Shown: one piece after another, positions 41,133 through 50,923 of the stretch
How the letters are laid out: each line of letters starts with the position of its first letter
Position numbering within the stretch: position 1 is the stretch's first letter
Assembly: GCA_965217585.1 (NCBI GenBank)
Contig: OZ244561.1
Span: 5,952,001 to 6,016,000 of the forward strand
DNA: 64,000 nt
From: Candidatus Latescibacterota bacterium
GTDB taxonomy: Bacteria > Latescibacterota > UBA2968 > UBA8231
Reading direction: 5' to 3'
Made by a program: the position numbers and the translations under genes
Notes under the pieces: generated by a model
What the model was told of the DNA's origin: nothing
Databases searched by the model: none
The model's input: only the letters and a program-made list of their open reading frames with translations

Positions 41133-43097
41133 ATGTCCGAGATCTCCTCGCAGTCAGAAAGCACAGCCGCAGCAGGTAAACTCTCTCCCGTCATCACCTT
41201 GCGCGCGCTGGTCTTGGGCGCGTTGACCATTGCCGTCACCTTCTACTGCATCCTCCACATTGTAGAGCGTCTCGGCTTGGGGAGCTACGTGCGCTCGCAA
41301 TTCCCCATGGCCGCTTTTGTCCCCTTTGTCCTCTGGCTTTTTCTCAACACCTTTCTCAAACGCCTATGGCCGCGCTTGGCCCTGAGCCGCGGCGAGCTGC
41401 TCACCATCTTCGCTATGCTCTGGGTAGTCGGCACCCTCCCTCAGTACGGGTGGATGAACACCTGGACTGCCATTATGGCCACCCCTCGCTACCACGCCAC
41501 CCCCGAAAACCGCTGGGCCGAGACCCTCTTTGAGTATCTGCCTTGGCACGTCTTCGCCGCCACCGAGTCGCGCGTAACCGAGACGTTCTGGTTCGGTCTG
41601 CCCGAGGGCATGGCCCTGCCTTGGGACGGCTGGGCAAGTGCCATTTTTCAGTGGTTGAGCGTTTCCTTTGCCATGGTCGTTTTCGGCTTTTGTCTCATGG
41701 CTCTCTTCCAGCGCCAGTGGGCCGATTCCGAAAAGCTCACCTTTCCCCTGGCGCAGATGCCCCTCGATTTGACCCAGGGCATGGACGGCGTGCGCCGCAT
41801 GCCAGATCTCTTTCGCTCGCCTCTGTTCTGGATTGGCTTTGGCGTGGTCTTCCTGCCCATTCTCTACAATATCGGTACCTACTTTGTATTCGGCCTGCCG
41901 CCATTTGAACTCTTTGGCGAGTTCTACTTCATAGAGTTCGGCTACTATGCCCGTCTGGCCTTTCGCCTGATGCCCTTGGTCCTAGCCGTGGCCTACCTGT
42001 GCCCGGTGGATATCCTCGGCAGTCTGTGGGTGTTCAACCTGCTTCACGTGCTCAAATTGTGGGTCGGCAACCGCATGGGCTTTTCAATCGGTGCTCAGGG
42101 GCAGGCCATGGTGACCTGGCATCTCATCTCTATGGAGGCCTACGGCGCCATGATCTTCGTGGCCTGCTGGTCCATCTGGCTGGCGCGGAGGCACCTGCGC
42201 CAGGTCTTGTACCTGGTGCGCAGCGGTCGGGGCGATCCCCGCGAGGTTGTCCACTATCGCATCATCCTCATCGGCTTGGTGCTCTCGGCCGCGTACGTCG
42301 TTGGCTGGGCGGTCTCGCTGGGGATGAACCTATTCGTGGCCCTGGGCTCTTTTACATTGATGAGTCTGGCCTATCTGGCCATCACCAAGCTCGTCGCTGC
42401 CACCGGCTTTGCCTATCTCTTTCCCAGATTTACCAAAGGGGAGCCTGTCATCGTCGACTTGGTCGGCTCGGTCTACCTCGCGCCGCGCACCCTGGTCGCC
42501 TTTAAAGTCTTCAGCAGTAGCGCCTTCTTCGGCAACACCCTCATTCCGGCGTGGCCTGCGCTGCCCCACATCCTGCGCATTTTCTCCCTGCGTCGCCAGC
42601 CGCGCTGGGTGGCGGCCGTGGTATTCGTCGCCTTTCCCGTGGGCTTTTTGGTGACCGCTGGGGCTACTATTGAGCTTTCCTATGACGAAGGCGGTGCCGT
42701 ACGCCTCGGCGGACAAGGCAGCGGCCTGTTCGACCGCATGGTCCACCTGCTGGAGAATCCCCGCATTCCGGACATGGGCAAGGGATCGATCATGCTCTTG
42801 GGCTGGGTGGAGGGCGCAGCCATTGCCTTCATGCGCAGCCGTTTCCACTGGTTCCCCTTCCATCCCATTGGCCTAGCTTTTCAGAACGGTTTGGGAACCC
42901 GGGCTTACTGGTTCAGTCTCTTTGTGGTCTGGGCCATCAAGCTCACGCTACTGCGCTACGGCGGGGTCAAGGCCTTTCGCGCTGGCAAGCCCTTTTTCTA
43001 CGGTTTGGGAATCGGCTACGTGGTTGGGGTAGTGCTCTCGGGAGGGGTGGATCTGATATGGTTTCCAGTAGAAGGCCACGAAGTGCACAGGTGGTGA
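41133..43097 (+). CDS. DUF6785-like membrane protein, paralog 3
   Basis: Same motifs (EKLTFPLAQMP, WFPFHPIG). Confidence 0.85.
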   Translation: MSEISSQSESTAAAGKLSPVITLRALVLGALTIAVTFYCILHIVERLGLGSYVRSQFPMAAFVPFVLWLFLNTFLKRLWPRLALSRGELLTIFAMLWVVGTLPQYGWMNTWTAIMATPRYHATPENRWAETLFEYLPWHVFAATESRVTETFWFGLPEGMALPWDGWASAIFQWLSVSFAMVVFGFCLMALFQRQWADSEKLTFPLAQMPLDLTQGMDGVRRMPDLFRSPLFWIGFGVVFLPILYNIGTYFVFGLPPFELFGEFYFIEFGYYARLAFRLMPLVLAVAYLCPVDILGSLWVFNLLHVLKLWVGNRMGFSIGAQGQAMVTWHLISMEAYGAMIFVACWSIWLARRHLRQVLYLVRSGRGDPREVVHYRIILIGLVLSAAYVVGWAVSLGMNLFVALGSFTLMSLAYLAITKLVAATGFAYLFPRFTKGEPVIVDLVGSVYLAPRTLVAFKVFSSSAFFGNTLIPAWPALPHILRIFSLRRQPRWVAAVVFVAFPVGFLVTAGATIELSYDEGGAVRLGGQGSGLFDRMVHLLENPRIPDMGKGSIMLLGWVEGAAIAFMRSRFHWFPFHPIGLAFQNGLGTRAYWFSLFVVWAIKLTLLRYGGVKAFRAGKPFFYGLGIGYVVGVVLSGGVDLIWFPVEGHEVHRW

Positions 43098-43129
43098 GAA
43101 GCCGTCCTGAGATGCGGAGTTTGGGCGCA

Positions 43130-43531
43130 CTAGCTCAGCATTGCGAGCAGATCATCAGCCGCAAATCTGCGGCCGTTTATGACGATATCCGTCTCTCCAT
43201 TCCTGTAGCTCGAGCGGATATTGATGGATTTGTTGAGTTCTCTACCGCTGAAGGTGAGGTCGAAATCGGCCTTTTCTTGGTTGACTCCCTCAAAAGAACC
43301 GTTCATTCTGATGGTAGAACCAAATTTTTCAGCTTGGTAGAATGAGCCGAATCGGTCGGAATAGTAATTTTCAAAGATCAATTTATCTTCGGTGAGCAGC
43401 ACACCTGTTCCCTCAGTGACAACCTCTTTTTTTTCTGTATCTCCCATGCAAATGGTCACTACCAGTGTTTTAGAAAGAAAATCGAGACAATGCTTTATTT
43501 CTTCTTTTGTCGGTTCGTATAGATCGGCCAT
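43130..43531 (-). CDS. hypothetical protein
   Basis: AT-richer ORF. RBS AGGAG; follows 43552-45093. Confidence 0.65.
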   Translation of the reverse strand: MADLYEPTKEEIKHCLDFLSKTLVVTICMGDTEKKEVVTEGTGVLLTEDKLIFENYYSDRFGSFYQAEKFGSTIRMNGSFEGVNQEKADFDLTFSGRELNKSINIRSSYRNGETDIVINGRRFAADDLLAMLS

Positions 43532-43551
43532 AAGGATGAATCTCCTGCTGA

Positions 43552-45093
43552 TTAATAGAATGTGAAGTTACATCCCAAGCCTTCGGGTTTTACTTTATTT
43601 TCTGCCGACAGGTCGGGGTTGGTGTAGATATAGATCCACTGTTGCCTGAGTTCTCTGTCTCGCTTCCACTGATCTTGGTTTTCAGATCGCTCCTCTCTGG
43701 AGTAAACCGAGAGCACGATGTCTTGCGTTCCAGAGCCGGTACAATCTCCGACGCCCACCACCCAAGGCACTCTGTCTGCTGGAATTTCTAAATCGGCGAC
43801 GATATTGCCGCAGCCATCCAAAATCAGATGATCGTGGCCAAAGGCAATTTTGTCTTGCCCGTCATTGTCCCAGTCAACTGCTTGGTGATTTCTGGCGTAG
43901 TTAGTGATGTAATGCCCCAGTAAGTCGCCGTTTTCGTGGAATATGGCCAGTGGTTTTTCCAGACAGAAGGGTCTGATATGATCGTAGTCCACGACTAGTT
44001 GTTTGCCCTCCAGATCGTCCCTGAGATTGGCGGCACGCACCATCTCGCAATGGTAGCTCAACATCCGCTTCCAGAGGATATTCCCAAGACCGTCGGCATA
44101 GACTACCCCGTTGCCCGTACAGAGGGTGGCAGCTACCCGTATATTCGCCGGATCGGGATCCAAGTGTACGACTTCAAAATGATCGGGATGGCCGGTCTGC
44201 GTGAAGAAATAGAGGGCGTCTTCGTCGTATCGGTAGCGTCCTTGGGCGTAGGGTCTATTTATGTATTTCTCTGCGCCGAAGGGATCTTGCTGGTTGAAGG
44301 TTCTGACCAGAGCGGTTGCAAAGGGATTGCGGATTGCATTGGAATAGGGATCGATCCGCCAGATCGGTTTTCCTTGGTAGTTTATGCAGACGATGGCGTC
44401 TGTATGGTTGTAGCCCGCCTCCCCGTCCGCACCGCCAGCGGCGATCTCTTCGCGGCCGTCGCCGTCTATGTCCACCGGCGTGGTGGTGTGGCCCGCCCCG
44501 CCTTTCCAGTGCCAGAGCTTTTCTCCCTCTGCTGTGCAGGCGTAGACTTGGGTGTAGGCATCTTTGATGGCGATATCGGACCTGTAGCCTTTGCCTTGGA
44601 TATCGGCAAAGATCATCCGGTCGTTGGACAGTTCGTCGGGTAGTGAAAAGGAATAGCGCTCCGCGCCAGTCTTTCCCTCCAGCACATACATTTTGCCCTT
44701 AACGCCGACTAGGACCTCCAGATTGCCGTCGTTGTCAATGTCGTGGGCGCGGAAGGTTTTATCCACTCCTTCACAGCGGCCAGCGCTGGGGTCGCCCCAG
44801 GTCCACAGGACTGAGCTGTCCAGTTTCTGCACGCAGCAGGAAGAGATGTAAGTGCCTCCTGTAGAGGTTCCGGTGGGACGTCCCTTGGCCGACAAAACCT
44901 CCACTTCGCCGTCGCCGTCCACATCGGCTATATTGAACCAGTCGCCGCCGTACTCTCGGTTGATCGCGACGGTCTTCCACGGTTTTATTGCAACCGGTGG
45001 CTCTTGCTCTCTGTGGCCCTTGCGGATATCGGCCAAAAAGGGCGTGATGGCGCTTTTGTTGCTGTGTATCATAGCTTCTTCCTCCATCTCCAA
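43552..45093 (-). CDS. FG-GAP-type beta-propeller, rhamnogalacturonan lyase (PL11)-like
   Basis: DVDGDGEVE, DIDNDGNLE, GH..TPVDIDGDGREEI, GHPD, DWDNDGQD. Confidence 0.7.
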   Translation of the reverse strand: MEMEEEAMIHSNKSAITPFLADIRKGHREQEPPVAIKPWKTVAINREYGGDWFNIADVDGDGEVEVLSAKGRPTGTSTGGTYISSCCVQKLDSSVLWTWGDPSAGRCEGVDKTFRAHDIDNDGNLEVLVGVKGKMYVLEGKTGAERYSFSLPDELSNDRMIFADIQGKGYRSDIAIKDAYTQVYACTAEGEKLWHWKGGAGHTTTPVDIDGDGREEIAAGGADGEAGYNHTDAIVCINYQGKPIWRIDPYSNAIRNPFATALVRTFNQQDPFGAEKYINRPYAQGRYRYDEDALYFFTQTGHPDHFEVVHLDPDPANIRVAATLCTGNGVVYADGLGNILWKRMLSYHCEMVRAANLRDDLEGKQLVVDYDHIRPFCLEKPLAIFHENGDLLGHYITNYARNHQAVDWDNDGQDKIAFGHDHLILDGCGNIVADLEIPADRVPWVVGVGDCTGSGTQDIVLSVYSREERSENQDQWKRDRELRQQWIYIYTNPDLSAENKVKPEGLGCNFTFY

Positions 45094-45251
45094 CAGAGCG
45101 ATTCTCTCCCAGAAGCTGTCTGAAAATTTTCTGGCAGGTACTGCGATGGGGAAGTATAGGGAGTAAAAAAGAGGCGATCAAGGTCGTTGTGCGACTGCCG
45201 TGCTGCATTGTTTTCTCGTCTTCAGCCGCCAAAATTTGAACAGCACATTCC

Positions 45252-47255
45252 ATGTCTGGAAAGCAGAACAAAGCAGCACAGATCCACTCCCGTCCTGCTG
45301 GCAGCTCCAGCTTCAGGGAAGAGCTCGGCGCGGCTCCGCCTCTCATCACCCTGCGCGCCGTGGTCCTAGGCGTCCTGACCATCGGTGCCACCTTTACCTA
45401 CATCATCCAGATCGGACAGCGGCTGCGCATCGCCAGCTTTGTGCACTCCCAGTTTCCCATGGCCGCGTTCACGCCGTTCGTGCTCTGGCTCTTCCTCAAC
45501 CTCGTTCTCAAGTGGCTGTGGCCGCGTCTGGCCCTGCGCCGCGGCGAGCTACTCACCATCTGGGCCATGACCTGGGTGGTGGGCACCATTCCGCAATTGG
45601 GGTGGATGACCTACTGGACCACCTTCATGGCGGCACCGAACTACTTCACCATGCCCGAAAATCCGTGGTTCCAGACTATTTCCGACTACCTGCCTTGGCA
45701 CGTTTTGCCCGACCCTTCACCCCGAGTGATCAACGCCTTTTGGTACGGCCTTCCCGAAGGGGCGTCCTTGCCCTGGGACGGCTGGCTGGGAGCAATGGGC
45801 CAGTGGCTGGGGGTATCAATCGCCATGGTAGTATTCGGGTTTTGCCTGTTCGCGCTCTTTCAACGGCAGTGGGCGGAGGTGGAGAAGCTCACTTTTCCCT
45901 TGGCCCAGATGCCCCTGGACCTCACCCGTGGTTTCGACGAGCGGTGCATCCCCGATATTTTCCGCTCGCGCCTCTTCTGGATCGGCTTTGGTGCCGTCTT
46001 CCTGCCCATGCTCTACAATATGGGCACCTATTTTGTCCCCGACCTGCCCCAGGTAGAGCTCTACTGGAAACACTACAACCTCCCGATAGATCCGCACATT
46101 ACCCGGGGGATATGGTTCCGGGTGATGCCACTGGTCCTGGCCGTGACCTATCTGTGTCCGCTGGACATCTCGGGCAGTCTGTTGGTGTTTTACCTTTTGA
46201 GCCTGCCCAAGCAGTGGTTTATTAACCGTCTGGGGTTCAGCGTGGGTGCCGAGGGCCAGCAGATCGGGCACGAGTACATCCTCCACATGGAAAGCTATGG
46301 CGCCTTGGTCTTTGTGGGGCTGTGGTCCATCTGGCTGGCGCGCCGCCATCTGCGGGAAGTGTGGTTCAAGGTGCGCACCGGCGAGGGGGATCGCCGCGAG
46401 GTCGTCCACTATCGCCTGGTCGTGGCCGGATTGGTGCTCTCGGCGGTCTACGTGGTTGCCTGGCTCACCCATTTGGGCATGGGGCTGCCGCTGGCAATAG
46501 GTGCCTTCCTGCTGACGACCATGGTGTATTTCATCACCGCCAAGCTCATCGCCGCCACTGGTTTTGCCTACCTCTTCCCCAACTGGTCGCACCTCAAAGG
46601 CGGCGGCTTCTTCGTCGATCTGATAGGCACCATCCACTTATCGCCGCGCAGCTTGGTCGCCCTCCAAGTCTTTACCCAAGATACCTTCTTCGGCACCTTC
46701 CGCATCCCAGCTTGGCCGTCGCTCGCCCACATTCTGCGGATCTTCTCCCACCAGCCGCGCTGGGTGGTGGTCGCGGTCTTTACCGCCTTTCCGGTGGGCT
46801 TCTTGGTGGCTTCGGGCAATACCATTGCCTTGGCTTACGACGAGGGAGCAAGCGCGATCCTGGGCGGTGGCGGCTTTCGGAGCTTTGTCCGTACCACGAC
46901 CAACCTGCTGGGAAATCCCACTGTACCGGACCTGGAAAAGTGGGGACTCTGGCTCGTGGGATTCCTAGAGGCCACCGTCATTGCCTTCCTGCGGGCTCGC
47001 TTTCACTGGTTCTCGCTCCACCCCATGGGGCTGGCCTTCCAGAACACTTTTGGCACCTGGCTCTACTGGTTCAGTCTCTTTCTGGTGTGGATCGCCAAAT
47101 TCATCCTGCTGCGCTACGGCGGCATAAGGGCCTATCGGGCCGGCAAGCCTTTCTTCTACGGCCTTGCCCTCGGCTATGCGGTCGGCGTGGTGCTATCGAT
47201 GGGGGTGGATCTGATTTGGTTCCCGACTCAAGGACACCGCGTACACGGGTGGTAG
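45252..47255 (+). CDS. DUF6785-like membrane protein, paralog 4
   Basis: Same motifs. Shares YLFPNW.HLKGG with paralog 1. Confidence 0.85.
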   Translation: MSGKQNKAAQIHSRPAGSSSFREELGAAPPLITLRAVVLGVLTIGATFTYIIQIGQRLRIASFVHSQFPMAAFTPFVLWLFLNLVLKWLWPRLALRRGELLTIWAMTWVVGTIPQLGWMTYWTTFMAAPNYFTMPENPWFQTISDYLPWHVLPDPSPRVINAFWYGLPEGASLPWDGWLGAMGQWLGVSIAMVVFGFCLFALFQRQWAEVEKLTFPLAQMPLDLTRGFDERCIPDIFRSRLFWIGFGAVFLPMLYNMGTYFVPDLPQVELYWKHYNLPIDPHITRGIWFRVMPLVLAVTYLCPLDISGSLLVFYLLSLPKQWFINRLGFSVGAEGQQIGHEYILHMESYGALVFVGLWSIWLARRHLREVWFKVRTGEGDRREVVHYRLVVAGLVLSAVYVVAWLTHLGMGLPLAIGAFLLTTMVYFITAKLIAATGFAYLFPNWSHLKGGGFFVDLIGTIHLSPRSLVALQVFTQDTFFGTFRIPAWPSLAHILRIFSHQPRWVVVAVFTAFPVGFLVASGNTIALAYDEGASAILGGGGFRSFVRTTTNLLGNPTVPDLEKWGLWLVGFLEATVIAFLRARFHWFSLHPMGLAFQNTFGTWLYWFSLFLVWIAKFILLRYGGIRAYRAGKPFFYGLALGYAVGVVLSMGVDLIWFPTQGHRVHGW

Positions 47256-47346
47256 GACGGTTGGTTGCGCCCGTCGGCGCTACGTGCCCGGCCACTAGGA
47301 ATTTTCAGGCGGATTTTCAGGCGTCATTCCAGCGCGGGCTTTTTTT

Positions 47347-48216
47347 TTATCTGGCACTCAACCAGGTAGGCGAATCGTCGATTGCCGGACTGTGCGTCAT
47401 CCTGACCAGATTGGTGCCGTCGGCGTCCATGACGTAGATCTCCGCGTTGCCGTCGCGCTTGGACATAAAAGCAATCCTGCTCCCGTCCGGCGACCACGCA
47501 GGGGCGCCATCCATGGCCGGGTGGTGGGTCAAATTGATTGGATTGGCCCCGTCGGCGTCCATGACGTAGATCTCCGCATTGTCGTCGCGCTTGGATACAA
47601 AAGCAATCTTGCCTCCATCCGGCGACCACGCGGCGTGCGAATCAAATTTCGGGTGGTGGGTCAAATTGGTTGGATTGGCTCCGTCGGCGTCCATGACGTA
47701 GATCTCGGCATTGTCGTCGCGCTTGGACATAAAAGCAATTTTCTCGCCGTCCGGCGACCACGCGGGAGCCACATCGTATCCTTCGTGGTGGGTCAAGTTG
47801 ACCGGATTGGTGCCGTCCGCATCCATCGCGTAGATCTCGTAATTGGCACCGCGATCTGAACCAAAGGCGATTTTCTTGCCGTCCGGCGACCAAGCAGGGT
47901 GCTCTTCGTGCGAACCATGGCGGGTCAGGTTGAGCGGATTCTTTCCGTCCGCATCCATTACAAAGATGTCGAACCAGACCCCGCGGGCGGCTGCAAAGGC
48001 GATCTTCTCGCCATCGGGAGAACAGTCCGGCAATATATCAATCGCCAGGTTGTTGGTCAGATTGACCGGCTTGCCGCCCGCGAGATCTAGCGTGTAAATC
48101 TCAAAATTTTGCTCGCGCTTGGACATGAAGACGAGGGCGCTGGACTTGCTTCCACTCTCACATCCAGCGCCAACCATTACAGCTAGAGTGCTAAACAAAA
48201 AAACGATCCTGCGCAT
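47347..48216 (-). CDS. TolB-like PD40-repeat lipoprotein
   Basis: Lipobox GAGC. Six ~44-aa repeats WSPDG.KIAF.S.RD.N.EIYVMDADG. Confidence 0.92.
   Translation of the reverse strand: MRRIVFLFSTLAVMVGAGCESGSKSSALVFMSKREQNFEIYTLDLAGGKPVNLTNNLAIDILPDCSPDGEKIAFAAARGVWFDIFVMDADGKNPLNLTRHGSHEEHPAWSPDGKKIAFGSDRGANYEIYAMDADGTNPVNLTHHEGYDVAPAWSPDGEKIAFMSKRDDNAEIYVMDADGANPTNLTHHPKFDSHAAWSPDGGKIAFVSKRDDNAEIYVMDADGANPINLTHHPAMDGAPAWSPDGSRIAFMSKRDGNAEIYVMDADGTNLVRMTHSPAIDDSPTWLSAR
47400..47830. repeat. intragenic 132-bp tandem repeat (PD40 blades)
   Basis: GTCGGCGTCCATGACGTAGATCTC recurs at 47419, 47551 and 47683. Confidence 0.85.
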
Positions 48217-48405
48217 TTGGAATCCTCCCCAGCCCAGCAGGCCGGCACCTTATTTACCGCTTTGCGGATTAATTGCAAATGATAGAGGTTGGCGATTGAC
48301 AAGGCAATGCCTTTTCGGTCTATTGGGGAGGCTCTCAAACCGGGTGTTTCCAGACTGGTAAATTGACCGGCGAACTTTTGGTCAGCGATCAGGTAAGGAG
48401 GCAAA

Positions 48406-49164
48406 ATGGAACAGGATCCCATCTTCTATCCATACGAATTCGGTGTCCCGGAAAGGGAAATCCTCAATCGCGACGGACACTTCGTGCTTCCCGGTATTAT
48501 CACCTCTTCTACCTGCGAGCGCCTTACCGAATCGCTCACCCTCGTCCAGCCCATGCGGGAGTCCCGCGATGAGCGAGTCAGGTTCTTCAGCTTTTACGCC
48601 GCCGAATACGACGCCTACTTGGCCAGTCTGATCGCCCATCCGCAAATGCTCGACTTGGCCCGCCGGGTCCTCGGTCCCGAAATACGCTTTGACCATTGCG
48701 TACCCATTGTCCGGCCGCCCAGTCATGGGGGTTTTGGCTGGCACAGTCACGAGTACGCCGATGATCGTCCGGAGTTGGGCCTGATGCGGATTTTCTTTTA
48801 CGTCAATGGCTTTTCTGTCGAAGACGCGGGGCTGAAGGTAGTACCGGGCAGTCATCACTACCGAGATTCAGCTATTGAGGGCCGTACGGACGAGGATCTG
48901 GGCGTTGGCTGGCTCGCCGGCAAGGAGCATCCGCTTACCGGCGAGGCGCTGGAGGTCCAGGCCCTTGAGGCACCTGCGGGAACGGTCATTCTGATGTGGA
49001 CGCATGCAGCCCATGCCGTCAGTGCCCGCAATCCCGACAGTCCGACGCGCTGGGCCGTGGTCTACGGCTATCGCAATCCCGGCGCTGAGTCTTCGGCGCG
49101 CTGTGTTACCACGTGGTTCGAGCAGCAACACACCGAGGCCGCTGGTCTCATGAGCCTCTACTAA
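48406..49164 (+). CDS. PhyH-family enzyme, HxH variant
   Basis: WHSHEY, LKVVPGSHH, AHAVS, TRW. Confidence 0.85.
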   Translation: MEQDPIFYPYEFGVPEREILNRDGHFVLPGIITSSTCERLTESLTLVQPMRESRDERVRFFSFYAAEYDAYLASLIAHPQMLDLARRVLGPEIRFDHCVPIVRPPSHGGFGWHSHEYADDRPELGLMRIFFYVNGFSVEDAGLKVVPGSHHYRDSAIEGRTDEDLGVGWLAGKEHPLTGEALEVQALEAPAGTVILMWTHAAHAVSARNPDSPTRWAVVYGYRNPGAESSARCVTTWFEQQHTEAAGLMSLY

Positions 49165-49177
49165 AGGGGAGACTTCA

Positions 49178-49999
49178 ATGACACCTGAACAGCGCTACCT
49201 ATTCGATGTAACCGGCTACCTCCAGCTCAAAGGCGTCCTCAGCGGCAGTGAATTGCAAAAAGCCCAAGAAGCAGTCGACGAGTGCGTCCAAACCCCGCCC
49301 GATAAGCTGCCGGCCGGCATGTCCAGTTCCTATCCAGGCACAGCGAAGGGCGTGGGGGGCATATCCAACGGCTTCTCCTTCAACAAGACCCTAGAAGCCT
49401 TGACCATGCATCCGCTCACTTGGCCGTTTATCAAGGAATTGACCGGTGACAGACCGCGCTTTGACCGGGGCACCTTGGCGGTCCATACGCCCGCAACCAC
49501 CCACAATACCGGACTGCACTGCGCCCGCGAAGACTTTGGCTGGCCGAGCACGCGCTACGAATGCAGAGATGGACGCATCTACTGCGATACCTTTGTGGTC
49601 TTCTTCTACTTCACCGATGTCTTTCCCGGCGACGGTGGCCTAGTCGTCGTCCCAGGCTCGCACAACAGCCGGTTTCAGCGCCCTGATAGTCTGGTATTGC
49701 CCGATCCCCAAGATCCCGACCCGCAACTCCATCCGGCCATCACCAACATCACTCCACGCGCCGGCGATGCAGTCATCATCTCCGAACTCCTCACCCACGG
49801 TGCGCTGGCCTGGAAGCCGCAGGACCGAGAGCGCCGCTTCCTGATCCTGCGCTACAACCCGCAGTCTTTCTACTACCGGAACGGTGTCGCCGACGAGACC
49901 CTGCCTCGCCTGTCGCCGGAAACGCGGGAGTTGATCGAGTTTGCCCCCTTTACCCACGTCAAGGAGATCGTCAAAAAGGATGTGATCACCCTGAGTTGA
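49178..49999 (+). CDS. PhyH-family enzyme, HxA variant
   Basis: YLFDVTGYL, LHCARED, DGGLVVVPGSH, THGALAW, RRFLILRY. Confidence 0.88.
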   Translation: MTPEQRYLFDVTGYLQLKGVLSGSELQKAQEAVDECVQTPPDKLPAGMSSSYPGTAKGVGGISNGFSFNKTLEALTMHPLTWPFIKELTGDRPRFDRGTLAVHTPATTHNTGLHCAREDFGWPSTRYECRDGRIYCDTFVVFFYFTDVFPGDGGLVVVPGSHNSRFQRPDSLVLPDPQDPDPQLHPAITNITPRAGDAVIISELLTHGALAWKPQDRERRFLILRYNPQSFYYRNGVADETLPRLSPETRELIEFAPFTHVKEIVKKDVITLS

Positions 50000-50067
50000 T
50001 GCAGGGTTAATGCAGCGGGGGAGATCTTCAATACAAAGCGATAAAAGATGTCCGGCCATCGCCCGGG

Positions 50068-50823
50068 TTATCGACTTTGGGCAGCCTGGGTCCAACTTCT
50101 CAAAGTCGCCGCTTCCCGGAGAAAGAACTCGGTAGACTCATCCTTGACGAATTCGATCATCACAGCGTGATCCCGACCGCTAGACTCAATTTTTTTTAGA
50201 TAGCGTTGCCAGTCCGCTTGGCCGTCGGCCATGAGCCGGCGCTCGCCATCGACGCTGTAGTAGGCGTGCACGTTGCGCAGCCAGGGCAAGACCGCGTCGA
50301 GCGCTTGTAGCGCGCTGTCTGCGTCGCCGTAGACCTGCCAGTAGGTTCCCAAATTCTCGTGAGCGACTTCCAGTAGCGCCTTGGCCGAGGCGGGATCATC
50401 CGTTAGGGTGCCGCTGTGGTATTCGTAGGCGACGAATACCCCCTGCGCTGCAGCCAGTTCGGCGATGCGGCGCGAGTCCCAAGCGACGAGATCGCGGTAT
50501 TCAGCATCGGCGTCGGCCGAACCGCGCCGGCCAGCCCACACGCGCAGGGTCGGTGCCCCGAGTTCAACCGCCGCTTCGAGAACGGAATCAAAGGTTGCGG
50601 GATCGTCGTGGGCGACGCGGTAGTAGGAGCCGTAGGAGAGCACCTGCAACCCCGCGTCGAGCGTCATCCGGTGCACCTGACGAGCCTTGGCCAGATCGCC
50701 GTGTGGCACGTGGATATCCCCGCCCCATTCGATGCCGTCGAGCTGGCTCTGAACGACGAGATCGATGATCTGCGCTGGGGACAGTTTCCTGAAAGTGACC
50801 GAAGCAAGACCTGAAAAGAGCAC
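50068..50823 (-). CDS. sugar phosphate isomerase/epimerase (AP endonuclease 2 TIM barrel)
   Basis: SVTFR, GIEWGGDIHVP, SYGSYY, RVWAG, EYHSGTLTD, IEFV. Confidence 0.88.
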   Translation of the reverse strand: MLFSGLASVTFRKLSPAQIIDLVVQSQLDGIEWGGDIHVPHGDLAKARQVHRMTLDAGLQVLSYGSYYRVAHDDPATFDSVLEAAVELGAPTLRVWAGRRGSADADAEYRDLVAWDSRRIAELAAAQGVFVAYEYHSGTLTDDPASAKALLEVAHENLGTYWQVYGDADSALQALDAVLPWLRNVHAYYSVDGERRLMADGQADWQRYLKKIESSGRDHAVMIEFVKDESTEFFLREAATLRSWTQAAQSR

Positions 50824-50846
50824 GCGTTCTTCCTCCTCGCGTTAGC

Positions 50847-50875
50847 TTGTTCACATTCTCGGCGAGATTTATAGT
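50847..50875 (+). promoter_or_regulatory. candidate sigma70 promoter for the arylsulfatase
   Basis: TTGTTC-17 bp-TATAGT. Confidence 0.4.
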
Positions 50876-50923
50876 TACAGTAGTTATTTAGTCTTTTGAC
50901 CTCAAGAGAGGGGTATCGTTGAG

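Noticed and set aside
47256-47349. Rho-independent terminator before the T-run
   Set aside because: A T9 run is present between convergent genes, but no convincing GC stem lies immediately upstream. The ATTTTCAGGCG doublet is too short to interpret.
47400-47830. Regularly spaced 24-bp repeats as a CRISPR array
   Set aside because: The period is 132 bp, the intervening DNA is also homologous, the repeats are in frame within a PD40 gene, and no cas genes are present.
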